DNA from: Octopus sinensis
Taxonomy: Eukaryota
Length of the DNA: 63,955 bases
Assembly: GCF_006345805.1 (NCBI RefSeq)
Contig: NC_043018.1
Span: 15,872,001 to 15,935,955, forward strand
Reading direction: 5' to 3'
Part shown: positions 24,721 to 36,499 of the stretch, piece after piece
How the letters are laid out: each line of letters opens with the position of its first letter
Position numbering within the stretch: the stretch's first letter is position 1
Notes under the pieces: generated by a model
Seen by the model: the letters and a program-made list of their open reading frames with translations, nothing else
What the model was told of the DNA's origin: nothing
Databases searched by the model: none
Program-made: the position numbers and the translations under genes

Positions 24721-26877
24721 TATCTGACAAAATATCAGGTGGAATTATGTATGCTTACGTTCCGTGTTCAAACTCCACTGTGTTCGATGTTACCGTTCGT
24801 TCTTCCTGCATGTAATGAAAGAAGTACACGCTAAGGAATGATGTGTTAACCAAAAACAGCGACATTCTCTCTGAAAGGTTGCTACACGTTTTCTATCAAA
24901 CAGTTTTCACTCGAAAAGGTTTAAGTCTCCCCAAAGCCGAGTCAGCTGACACTTGCCCAAGATTCCAAGCGCTAGAATTCAAACCGAAGTCTCATGGCAA
25001 CAAAACAAATAAATAGTAAAGATTTCCAGGATAGGATCGAACTTGGAATACAAATGGCAAAAATATTAATTTCTAACATTGATACAAATCTTGGAAGAGA
25101 TTTTAGCTGCTTGGCTCCTCTCTGAAGAAAAGTCGAGGCCTCGTATCTATGTTAAGCACCAATCTTAGGGAAGGAAAACCTTTTATGAAATACTAAATCG
25201 TTTGATTTTTTTTATACGTTACGCACTCGACCTAATAAAACGAGAGTGGAGAGTGTTAGTCTGTTAGATAGACCCCAGTTCTTTATTTTATGTAATAAAT
25301 GGAAAGTTGACTACAGTGTGATTTGAACTCAGAATGCAAAGAGACGTAACACATACTAAAAGTTATTTTCCCTGACACTCTAGCAATTCTTCTTAACCCC
25401 ACTCCTTATTAGAGACATAATGATATATATATATATAACTAGATATCTGCTCTAATTTAGAATAACACAATATAACCTGGGTGCTGTATCAAAATATCAT
25501 AAAACCGACTTAATGATGTAATAATTATAAATTATCCGTAGACTGTACATGTGACCCAAATCCTTGTAACAGAGTCGAATGCTCTCAAGGCTTCTGGAAA
25601 CCAGGTGGGAGATGAAGGTTAATGTTAAAATGTACCAAGGAATAATTTGTTTCCCAAAAGTAACGACAGTCTCTCAGACGGGTTGCTACACATTTTCTAT
25701 CAAAACTGAGCCAGATGACAAGTGCTCAAGGTTCCAAGCGGTGGCAACGAAACAAATAAATAGTGAAGGTCACTTGGACAGGATCGAACTAGGAATACAA
25801 ATTGGCAAAACTATTGATTTCTAACCTTGATACCAATCTCTAAATTTGGACTCGGGTGGGATAGGTGATTAACTCAACCCAGTATACAGCTAGTACTCTA
25901 TTTCGTCGACCTCGCAAGAATGAAAGACATAGTCAGCCTGGGTGGGATTCGAACTCAGATGGTTAAGGATCGTGAGACGTCCAATCGACTCTGCCAGTCC
26001 ACCGTTCTAATTACCGTAATATTGGTTTCAAATTCTGGGCACATCAACCCCAATGTTCAACTGGTCCTCTTTTTATGCGCGCCAAAAGAATGATAGGCAA
26101 AGACGACGCTGGTGGTGTTTGAACCCTGATCGTAAAGACGGGCGAATTGCAGCTAAGCATTTTGTCCGGCGTGCTAACGATTCTGCCAGCTCGCCTTTTT
26201 TAATTACCATAATATCAATAAGTGTGACCATAAATCAACACAACTCACACATCAACAACTACTCTATGAAATTACTAGTAAACAACAGTTGCGCAACCCA
26301 CACAGTGCTTATCCACCCACTCCTACGCCGCCGACACAATCACCACCCAATAATATATCATACACTTACATAATCGACACCTGATAACATAACACACCCC
26401 AGCACCAGCACCACCACCACCACTCACACAACACCCACATTCAACACAATCACTTGTCAAAGACATAAAACAATTTACCTCACCCACCACTACCACCAAC
26501 ACTGCCGCACTCCACAACACACCATATTCTCTATCACCACTTAATACTAAAACTTAACACATCAACCCACACAACTCACACCCTTCAATGTTAAAATACT
26601 CAACAAAGCACACAACCCAAGCCCCTCTCCTCACGATTTAATTACAAGGCATCGGCTTTTACATAGCTCTTGCAGCATTTTTATAGCTCTTTACGTTCTG
26701 AGATCAAATCACGCGCTGTTCGACTGTGCCTTTCGTTTTCCCAGGACCGATAAAATTAAGAATACTAGTCAATTAGTGAGGGCCGGTCCTGTGCCTGTTT
26801 TGGGAATCATTATATAAGAAAACATCATCATCATCATCATCAACAACAACAACATCATGTTCATCCATGTTCTTGTC

Positions 26878-27170
26878 GAGCATTCCGTCGGTTACGACGA
26901 CGAAGGTCCCAGCTGATACGATCAACGGAACAGCTTGCTCGTGAAATTAACTTGCAAGTGGCTGAGCACTCCACAGACATGTGTACCCTTAACGCAGTTC
27001 TCGGGGAGATTCAGCGTGACACAGTGTGTGACATTTTTGCCAGCTGAGTGAACTGGAGCAACGTGAAATAAAGTGTCTGGCTCAAGGTCACAACGCATCG
27101 CCGGGAATTGAACTCCCGACCTTACGATTGCGAACTGAATACCCTAACCACTAAGCCACGCGCCTTCACC
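26878..27170 (-). mobile_element. Hybrid SINE: family D head/core with family A tail T1
   Basis: 27040-27170 matches the D head and core; 26880-27030 matches tail T1 of 250-405. Confidence 0.7.
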
Positions 27171-28147
27171 TCCATGTTCTTACATCCCCCTTGTCATGGT
27201 CATCATTAGCATCGTCACCATCACCATCACCATCACCGCAATAACGTCAATGCTACAACACCATCAACTCGCACAAACTCACATACTACAGTCACCACCT
27301 GTTACTGTAACACAAACTGCACAACACAGGGTCTGTACAATCATCACCTGGCACCAATAAAACTCGAAACGACCCATACATCACATCTTGCGCAAAACAC
27401 AAACCCCATCCAGCAAAATCAAACAACCCATGGGACATAACAACAAAGGGTCCAAACACTAATATAACACCAAAACCAATAAAATAAATAAACGAACCGA
27501 AACCCAACTGATGTAGAACGCAGACAATTCTAAAGCCATAAAAGTGACCAGACGGGTAGACCGGGTGGAGTGAGTAAAAATTTGAAGGAATCTGTCGAAA
27601 ACATAACAGTAATGATGTTGATTTTATATATAATCGCTTCCGAATTAGGGACAGGGTTACAAATTTCTGGGGGAGGGGTCAGTCGATAGAAGTTGATCCC
27701 GGAATTGACCAGTCTTTATTGACTCCGCAAGAATGAAATATGTTGACCCGGCGTTATTTGAACTAAAAATGTAAAATCAGGGATAATTTACAGCAAAGTG
27801 TTTGTTCTGACCCCTTAACAGTTCGACCAAGCTGTTGCTTTTCGTAGTGATCCCTAATTTCGGCAGAAAACAAACAATTTGGAAGGAGGCGGAAGTCAGT
27901 CTCATCCACTGACCTCAGCGAGGTCTGTTAATTTATTTTTATCGACCCTGGAAGAATGAGAGGGTAAGTTGACAACGTCGAGATTCGAACCCACAACTTA
28001 GAGTCATACAATTTTGCATTCCGGTCTAAAGGTTCTGTCAATGCAACTACTTTAATAAAAATAATAAGTAAAAATCTTTTGACACAGGAACTGCAATTTC
28101 AGTGGTTGGGGTTAATCGGTTATATCGACTAATATTTCATTTTATCA

Positions 28148-28760
28148 AGGCGGCGAGCTGGCAGTAACGTTAGTTCAAATTCCGCTGAGGTCGACTTTGA
28201 CATTCATCCTTTCGGGGTCGATAAATTAAGTACCACTTGTGTACTGGGATCGAGCTAATAGACTGGCCCCCTCCCCCAAATTTTCGGGCTTTCTGCCTAA
28301 AGTAGCAGAAAATATTTAAGGCGGAGATCTGGAAGAAACGTTAGCACGCCGGGTGAAGTACTTAGCTGTATTTCGTGAATTTACATTCTGAGTTCAAATT
28401 CCACCGAGGTCGACTTTGCCATTCATCCTTTCGGGGTCGATAAATTAAGTACCACTTGTGTACTGGGATCGAGCTAATAGACTGGCCCCCTCCCCCAAAT
28501 TTTCGGGCTTTCTGCCTAAAGTAGCAGAAAATATTTAAGGCGGAGATCTGGAAGAAACGTTAGCACGCCGGGTGAAGTACTTAGCTGTATTTCGTGAATT
28601 TACATTCTGAGTTCAAATTCCACCGAGGTCGACTTTGCCATTCATCCTTTCAGGGTCGATAAATTAAGTACCAGTTGCGCACTGGGGCTGACCTAATCGA
28701 CTACACTCCTCACACACACACCAAAACAATTTCAGGCCTTGCGCCTAGTGTAGAAAAGAA
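28148..28760 (+). repeat. SINE family C whole-element tandem, 219-bp period
   Basis: tcgactttg at 28191, 28410 and 28629; the repeated 219-bp block appears essentially identical. Confidence 0.85.
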
Positions 28761-30698
28761 TATTTCATTTTATCGACCCTGGAATGATAAAAGGTAAAGA
28801 TGACCGTGGTAGAATTTGAACAGAGGACCTGAAGATCCAGCAGAAAAGCCACTAAACATTCTGCCAGCTCGTTATCACAAATAGCCAACAATGAGATCTG
28901 TACAGCTAGTTACGTTAACCACAGTATATAACTGGTATATAACTACTCGGAAAGGATGACACCAAACAATGTATAGTGATAATATAGTAATAGAACTAAT
29001 AATATATATATCATAATATCGATAAAATATCATATAATATGTGATTCAAATTTTGGCACAAGGTCAACGATTGCGGGGAATGGAGTAAGTCGATTACATC
29101 GACCCCAGTGACTTACTGGTACTTATTTTATCGGCTCCGAAATGGCGAAGGGCAAAGTCAACCTCGGTGGAATTTGAAATCAAAACATGAAGAACGGACA
29201 AAACACTGCTAAGCGTGCTAACCATTCTACCACCCTGCTGCCTTGTATCACAGTACAATACTAATAAAATATCATAGCAACCATATTAAAATTGGGATCA
29301 AATTTTGACAAGAGGCGAGTATTTTCGGGGGAGGTGGGATGATTCGATTACATTGACCCGAGTGTTTAACCAAGTGCTTATTTTATTGACCCCGAAAGGA
29401 TAAAAAGTAAAGTCGACCCCAGCAGCATTTGAACGCAAGCAATAATAATCTTTTCTATTATAGGCACAAGTCCTGTCATTTCGGGGAGTGGTAAGTCAAA
29501 TACATCGACCCCAGTGCCCAAATTGTATTTATTTTATCGGCCCGAAAAGATGAAAGGTAAAGTCGACCTCGGTGGTATTTGAACTCAGGTTATAATATTG
29601 ATAATCAATTAGCAAAACGCAACAAGAATTGTTTCAAACACAGATACGAGACTGGAATTTTTTGGTGAGTGAAAGATTGTCAATTATTATTAATCTCAGT
29701 ATTTTGTTGGTATTTTATTTTATCGACCTTGGAGTGATGAAAAACAAAATTGATATCGGTAAGATTTGAACTCAGATTGTAAAGAGCCTGCACAAATACT
29801 GCAAGGTATTTTGTTCGACGCTCTAATGATTCTGCCTGGTTAACAACAATAATGGTTTGAAACTTTGGTACTAGGGCCAGCAATTTGGAGAGGAGGGTGA
29901 AGTCAATAACACCAACTCCAGTATTCAACTGGTATTTATTTTATCGACCCCGAACGTATCAAAGACAAAGTCGACCGCGGTGGAATTTGAACCCAGAACA
30001 TAAAGACAGACGAAATGCTGATAAATATTTTGTTAATGGTTCTGCCAGCTCGCCGCCTTAGCACCAATAACAACAATAACAGATTCTCCGAAGGTAGAAT
30101 TTTTCTAACGGAAAAGTTTATAAAGGCAACAAACCAATAACTAAGTACTAAACATCATATATATTTTGTTGAAGGTGTGTACCCTGATTACATGGGTGAC
30201 GGATGAGGGTTTTTTTTTTTTATAAAATAACAAAATATGAAAACTATTGGAACGCACATGGAAGGGATCTCACTTATTGATTTCATTTCATAGTATACGG
30301 GATGATATGAACCCTAGCTCTATATAAAACGACGTAAGTTATTTTATTCTACAGAGGGGTCATTTATCAAGACACAATCAAAGAAACCCTTGGATTCAGG
30401 GCTGCTCTTTCTAGCGAGGAAAAAGTGCTCTGAACAAACTGTATAAATGAGTCAGTTATATTTTTAGCATGATGCAAATGAACTCGTTCACCCGAGCACC
30501 CCCTCCCGAGTGACTTTCACTCACCTTTCAATACAAACGTTGGAGAGCAGCAACTACCTCTCCCAGTGAAAGTTTTTCAGAGTTGATGAGTGCAAGGCTG
30601 GAAAGGAGCAGACACGCATCTACCAGAAAATGGGACACATGTATAACGAAATGGAAAGTTGACGTGGACATGGGCTTCAACTTAATATCTTCTATTAA

Positions 30699-30735
<37 letters not shown>

Positions 30736-31124
30736 TAGTGAGATAGCAGTGCATGCCATTAAAGTGACACTGGGGTAAAATATACAAAGCCCAGTATTAT
30801 TATTATAATCATTAGTAGTTGTAGTAGTAGTAGTAGTAATAGTAGTAGTAGTAGTAGTATTAGTAGTAGTAGTAGCAAAATCACACCAGTTTTCGAATGG
30901 GATGCGAATAATAAAGAAATGTTACAAAATGCAATAATAAAAAAATGAAACAATAATATAGAGAGGAAAAAATAATGTTTAAATTAAAAAAGAAAACAAT
31001 TTTTTTGAAGATAAAAAAAAACAAACAGAAAGAAGAAGAAATGTAAAAGAAAAAACAAGAGTAAAAAGAAAAAAGAAAAAAGAAAAGAACAAGGAAAATG
31101 TTGGGGTTTAAAAGTTTGTATTTA

Positions 31125-31137
31125 TAAATAAATAAAT
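31125..31137 (-). promoter_or_regulatory. Candidate AU-rich element in the receptor 3' UTR
   Basis: The mRNA sense reads ATTTATTTATTTA (three overlapping AUUUA) ~530 nt after the stop, next to a U-rich stretch. The UTR extent is unknown. Confidence 0.3.
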
Positions 31138-31325
31138 CGAACTTACATTGGAATGAGCGGCTTGGAATTTTTTTGTTTTTTTTTTATGTTTTTTTGTTTT
31201 TGCAAAATAGCTTCGATAACAAATGTAGGCTTTAACTCCATATACGATTCAATATACACATCTTTTTTTTTTTGGCATAATATAACCACATATATATACA
31301 CACACACATATATATATATATAAAC

Positions 31326-31358
<33 letters not shown>

Positions 31359-31666
31359 AACACAAATATATACACACATACATACATATACATACACATA
31401 GACATATATATGTATATATGTACATATATATACATGGGTATATATATCTATATAAATACATACATTTATGTAGACATAAATATGTGCACACACATACAAG
31501 TACAATCACAAGAACATCAACATCACATACATGCGCCCTTTAATAGTCTCCTGATTATTTTTCGGGGTTTACGCTTTACTTTGGACCAACTGTTTATTGA
31601 CAAAGCAGAGACGAACACACATAAATATCGACAGACGCATAAACATAAGATAAATTGCGAACGAAT

Positions 31667-32884
31667 TCACAATATTGTCACCTGCTCTGAAATAAGGCGG
31701 GTTTTGCTGTCCTTTCGACTACCATTCTGTGTGATTGTTTTCGACGTAGAATTTGTGGAGACCGTCACTTCTTTGTTGTTTGGTGCGTACGTGTAACCAT
31801 CGTCGTTGGCTGTATAAGAATTAGGTAAAATCACTCGACGGAAAGCTTCCCGAAAGTCCGTGTTGAATATGCTATAAATGATAGGATTTAGGGAAGAATT
31901 GGCGTAGCCGAGCCAGGTAAGAATCTTAAAGGCCAATGGAGGGATACAAGTCTTGCATGCTGCAGAAGTTAGGTTCACTACGAAAAATGGGGTCCAACAC
32001 AATAGAAAGACGCCCATTATGATCCCTAACGTAATCGCGGCTTTGTGGTCGGATAAGGACCCGTCGTACCTCTCGCAGGCGTACGTTCGTCGTATGTTCC
32101 TGACGTGTTGTTGAGCCGTACTGTATAATTTACAATAGATTGACAACATGACTATACAGGGGATGATAAAACTGATGGTGGAGGAAATCACAGCATAGAT
32201 GGGGTTAATGTCGAGGTCACAGCCTGTCCGTTGAGTCGAAGCGGCATCTGGGCTGTGCCAACCGAGATGGATTGGTAAGAAAGAGATGAGAAACGAACAA
32301 ACCCATACTACGCTTATGATGATTGCTGTCCGTTTCTTTGTCATCCAGTTTTCATAATGTAAAGGGTCACGTATGTGGATGTATCTGTCCAAACTGATTG
32401 CACAAAGATTCAATATGGAAGCTGTCGAACACATCACATCTAGGGATATCCAAACGTTGCAGAAAGGCCGCCCGAACACCCATTCTCCCATGATATCGTT
32501 GGCCAGAGCAAATGTCATCACCAACAAAGACACCAAAAGGTCCGCTATGGCAAGAGATACGAGGTAAAAATTTCCGATTTTCCGCATCTGTTTCACTTTG
32601 AACACGGCAACACATACCAAACTATTTCCAACAACCGAAACTAGAATCATAATTGATAATAAAAGTCCAATAATAATTGTTTTGGTCGTGTTAGAATGAT
32701 TAGATTCCTCTGGAGAGTTGATATTGTTGTTGTTAGTGTTGCTGTTGATGTTGTTGTTGGTGTTTAAAACGATGTTCTCAGTTGTATCATTGGAATCCAG
32801 AAAGTTTGAATAGTAATAATAATCCTCGACATTCGGGTCACTGTCAAAAAAGACAGATATATTCACTGTTGCATTTAACAACAT
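31667..32884 (-). CDS. Dop1R1: D1-like dopamine receptor (invertebrate Dop1R1 type), class A aminergic GPCR, 405 aa, uninterrupted CDS
   Basis: Seven hydrophobic segments with GNSLV (TM1), LAIAD (TM2), DVMCSTASILNLCAISLDRY (TM3, Asp3.32), SSTIS (TM5 Ser5.42/5.43/5.46, catechol binding), CWTPFFVVN (TM6) and NPIIY (TM7). LDRYIHIRDPLHY and SDHKAAITLGIIMGVF match Dop1R1-family signatures as I recall them. Codon 32887-32885 is GTG; the first ATG is 32884-32882; the stop is TGA at 31669-31667. Confidence 0.92.
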   Translation of the reverse strand: MLLNATVNISVFFDSDPNVEDYYYYSNFLDSNDTTENIVLNTNNNINSNTNNNNINSPEESNHSNTTKTIIIGLLLSIMILVSVVGNSLVCVAVFKVKQMRKIGNFYLVSLAIADLLVSLLVMTFALANDIMGEWVFGRPFCNVWISLDVMCSTASILNLCAISLDRYIHIRDPLHYENWMTKKRTAIIISVVWVCSFLISFLPIHLGWHSPDAASTQRTGCDLDINPIYAVISSTISFIIPCIVMLSIYCKLYSTAQQHVRNIRRTYACERYDGSLSDHKAAITLGIIMGVFLLCWTPFFVVNLTSAACKTCIPPLAFKILTWLGYANSSLNPIIYSIFNTDFREAFRRVILPNSYTANDDGYTYAPNNKEVTVSTNSTSKTITQNGSRKDSKTRLISEQVTIL

Positions 32885-33841
32885 CACTTCGAAATGAAAA
32901 AAAAAATGGAAAAAAATATATTTGTGTTTTTTTGTTTAAATTTGTTTATGTGTTTTGTGTTTTTAATCTTTTTTGTTTGTTTTGATTTTTTCTTTTTATA
33001 ATTTTGTGTTATATTTCGGCTGTTATAATTTATGTTGAAAAGGAAGAAAAATTGTTAGGCTGTTGTTTTTTCTGTTTTTTTTTTTTTAAATATGAATAAT
33101 CACAAATGACATAGAATTTATAAAACAGAATTAAATAAACAAGAAATGTTGTGTTGAGAAATATGTATTGTGACCGATCGACCGAACAGGAACAGACTGG
33201 TAAGCACTCATACATACACACACTCACACACACACACACGCACACTACACGCACACATACACACGCATACAGTTGAAAAAGTTGGTGCCAGTCCCACTCT
33301 TACTGTTACACTGATCTCATGGCACCGTTTGCTATTGTAGTGATATGCCAAACTTCATCACGTAACACTTAGCTATTGCTTTAGACTTCACAACACTGCA
33401 AGTAGCCGACGCAAACCGACTTCTCGGTCCCACCTCTTCGAGAACTTAACCAATCTTGGAATTCTTCCATTTTATGCCGGCATCAATTGTGGATTTGTCA
33501 GTGAGAGAATGTGTGTGAGTGTACGTGAATATGTGTGTGTGTGTGTGTGTCCGATTGTTTATCTCTGTGTCTGTGTGTAAGCAAGGATAGGCGACTGTAG
33601 TAGATGTGAGTCTGAGCAGTCGTTGCCCCGTGTGTGGTTTATTTCGCACGTGTGAGCATGTGCGCTACGTCGCGGTGGCGGCGACAGCGTGTGTACGTGT
33701 GTGCGTGTGTGCGTGTGTGCGTCTGCGTGTGTGTGTATGTGTGTTTTGTATATGAACTACGTATGTGCCTGAACGGGTCTGCGTCAGCACAGCGATACGT
33801 CAACGTGTGTGTGCGTGCGTTCGATATGTAGAAAAGTTGTG

Positions 33842-33851
33842 CTTTTATATA
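33842..33851 (-). promoter_or_regulatory. Candidate TATA box oriented toward the receptor
   Basis: TATATAAAAG on the minus strand at the edge of a CpG-rich island (33600-33830), ~960 bp upstream of the ATG. Confidence 0.25.
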
Positions 33852-33927
33852 ATTTGTTGAACAGGTGAGTAATTTAAACATATTATAAAAAAAAAATACG
33901 AAGGGAATTTTATCAGTTTGTGTATGC

Positions 33928-33968
<41 letters not shown>

Positions 33969-34148
33969 TGAGTGTGTGTGTATATGTGTGTATCGTTATT
34001 GTTTATTATGTGTGTGTGTCGTTATTATTTGAGGCCTTGCAATATTCGTATGTGTGTTTATATGACTGTAGGCATAGTGAAACATATACATACATACATG
34101 CATACATACGTACATACATACACATATATATCTATCTATCTATCTGTC

Positions 34149-34194
<46 letters not shown>

Positions 34195-35370
34195 TATAGT
34201 ATAATAAAATGTAGTACGCCTACCTACTATAACATACTACATATAAATATTATGTAATATATATGTATTTATGTATGTAAAGTTGTGCTTGTATCTGCAG
34301 AGTATAAAAAGTATATTCGTCAGTATAACATCACATATAAGTAAATACAAACAATATTATCATGCGATCTGTGTTAAATATTTCATATATTCGTTTTGCT
34401 GCGTGTGTGTGTGTAAATACATATATAAATATATGTGTGAGTATATGTGTGTGTATATATGTGTGTATGTATGTGTGTGTGTATGTGTGTGTGTGTGTGT
34501 GCACATCAATACTTCCTTAGCTTCCGATGGTAAACTCCTTCACCCAGAATCTTGTTGTCGTTATGTGTGCGAAACATTGGAGGTTCTGTTGGGTTTTTTT
34601 TGTTGTTGTTTTTTTTTCGTGCAAAAAAACAAAAAGAACAAAAACAAATGTATCTCCACTTCCTCGTCACCGTTTCATCGGCACCTCAACCGCCGCCACC
34701 ACCACCTCTGCCTCTGCCTCTGCCTCCGCCGTTTGCTTCCTCTGGCGAGACTAGCGCCACCACCATCATCATCATCATCATCATCATCACTATCACCACA
34801 ACCATCCGCATCTACATCATCATCATCATCATCATCATAACAGCAGCAGATACCACCGTCTTTTCACCTTCATCGCCATCAGCTTTCCCGCCTTTATCGT
34901 CGCCATCGCCGCCATGTTGATCCTCCTTATTAGCCTTAGTTCTGCTGCTGCTGCTGCTGCTGTTTATTATTATTATTATTAGTATCCACAAGTGTTGTTC
35001 TCGTTCTTTTTGTTGTTGTTGTTATTATATTATTATTATTATTCATTGTTGCTGCTGCTGTTGTTGTTGTTGTTGGCCGTCCACCGTCGCAAACTCTGGC
35101 GTTGTGTCCGGTTCAATTCTTTTGTTTTTTAAAATATTTTTTAAGGAGTTTCAACGCGTTTTTTCTTTACTTTACTTTACTTCACTTCACTTTCAACCTT
35201 CTGATCTTTTTTACGGCACGTATGTGCGTGTATGTGTGTGCATGTGTATGTACATGTGCGTGCATATGTGTGAAAGTATATGTGCACGTTTGTGTATATG
35301 CATGTGCATTTCTGTGTATGTGTGTGTGTGAGTGTGCACGCGTGTGCGTGCGTTATTGTAAATCAGTATG

Positions 35371-35411
<41 letters not shown>

Positions 35412-36104
35412 TATATATATGAGTGTGTGTGTGTGTGTCTGTATAAATGTGTGTGCGTGTGTTTCCTTTATAGAACGCAAACTCTTTTCCTCGATCTCAC
35501 TCTTTCATTGCTGAACTTTTTCTCTCTTTCATTTTCACTCTCTATTTCTCTATCTATCTCTTTCTCATTCTCTCTCTCTCTCTCTTCTTTCTTTCTCTCC
35601 CCCCAGGCATGGGCTTTCATCTCCTTCTCTCCCTATCTCTCACTCTTTCTCTCCCTCTTACTCCTCCTCCTCCTCCTCCTTAACCTTCCCTTACACTTTC
35701 CTCCCTCCCCTTCACCTTTCTAAGCTCGTCATTATTTCCCCCACATTGCTTCCCCTCCTCCTCATTTTCTACTCTCCCTCCACTATCTCACTCTCTTACT
35801 GTCTCTCACCTTCTCCCTCGTCCTCTCTCTCTCTCTCTCTCTCCATTTCCTATTCCAGCTTCTTCCTGTCTTCTCTTCCTCACACCCAACCTCTGCCTTC
35901 TCCCTCCTCTTTCTTTTCATCTCATACTCTCTTACAGTCACCCTTTTCCTTCACACACACAGACACCTACACACACACACACACACCTACACACACACAT
36001 ACACACACACACAAACTAACGCATTGAGTGACTTGCACAACACTTAGAGTAGACGCGCATTGCGCGCATTTGAAAATGAAAGAGTATATATATATATATA
36101 TATA

Positions 36105-36495
36105 TATATTTTACTTGTTTCAGTCATTTGACTGTGACCATGCTGGAGCACCGCCTTTAGTCGAGCAAATCGACCCCAGGACTTATTCTTTATAAGCAAA
36201 GTACATATTCTATCGGTCTCCTTTGCAGAACCGCTAGTTTACAGGGACGTAAACACAACAGCATCGGTTGTCAAGCGATGTTGGGGGGACAAACACAGAC
36301 ACACAAACATACACACACATACATATATATACATATATATGACAGGCTTCTTTCAGTTTCTGTCTACTAAATCCATTCACAAGGCTTTGGTCGGCCCGAG
36401 GCTATAGTAGAAGACACTTACCCAAGGTGCCATGCAGTGTGACTGAACCCGGAACCATGTGGTTGGCAAGCAAGCTACTTACCACACAGCCACAC
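36105..36495 (-). mobile_element. SINE family B, full length
   Basis: Tail 36105-36310, microsatellite, head 36340-36495. Confidence 0.8.
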
Positions 36496-36499
36496 ATAT

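Larger units (their letters stand above)
22770..30065. repeat. Dense cluster of family C SINE copies (on the order of 20, both orientations, variable decay)
   Basis: Repeated atcgacccc..aaggatgaaaggcaaagtcgac...ggaatttgaactc or its reverse complement throughout the interval. Confidence 0.75.

Noticed and set aside
26220-26640. G-depleted C/A-rich stretch (also 27180-27520)
   Set aside because: Best explained as decayed CAC/CAA repeats or low-quality consensus; the minus-strand ORFs over it have no recognisable domain.
32885-32887. ORF-track start of the receptor at 32887
   Set aside because: That codon is GTG; the first ATG is at 32884-32882.
32887-33303. Possible 5' UTR intron (minus-strand GTAAGA at 33303 to an AG at 32888-32887 or 33198-33197)
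   Set aside because: Several alternative acceptors of modest strength; cannot be resolved without cDNA.
34552-34920. 122-aa plus-strand ORF with poly-Pro and poly-Ile
   Set aside because: Low-complexity triplet repeats with no recognisable domain or splice support.
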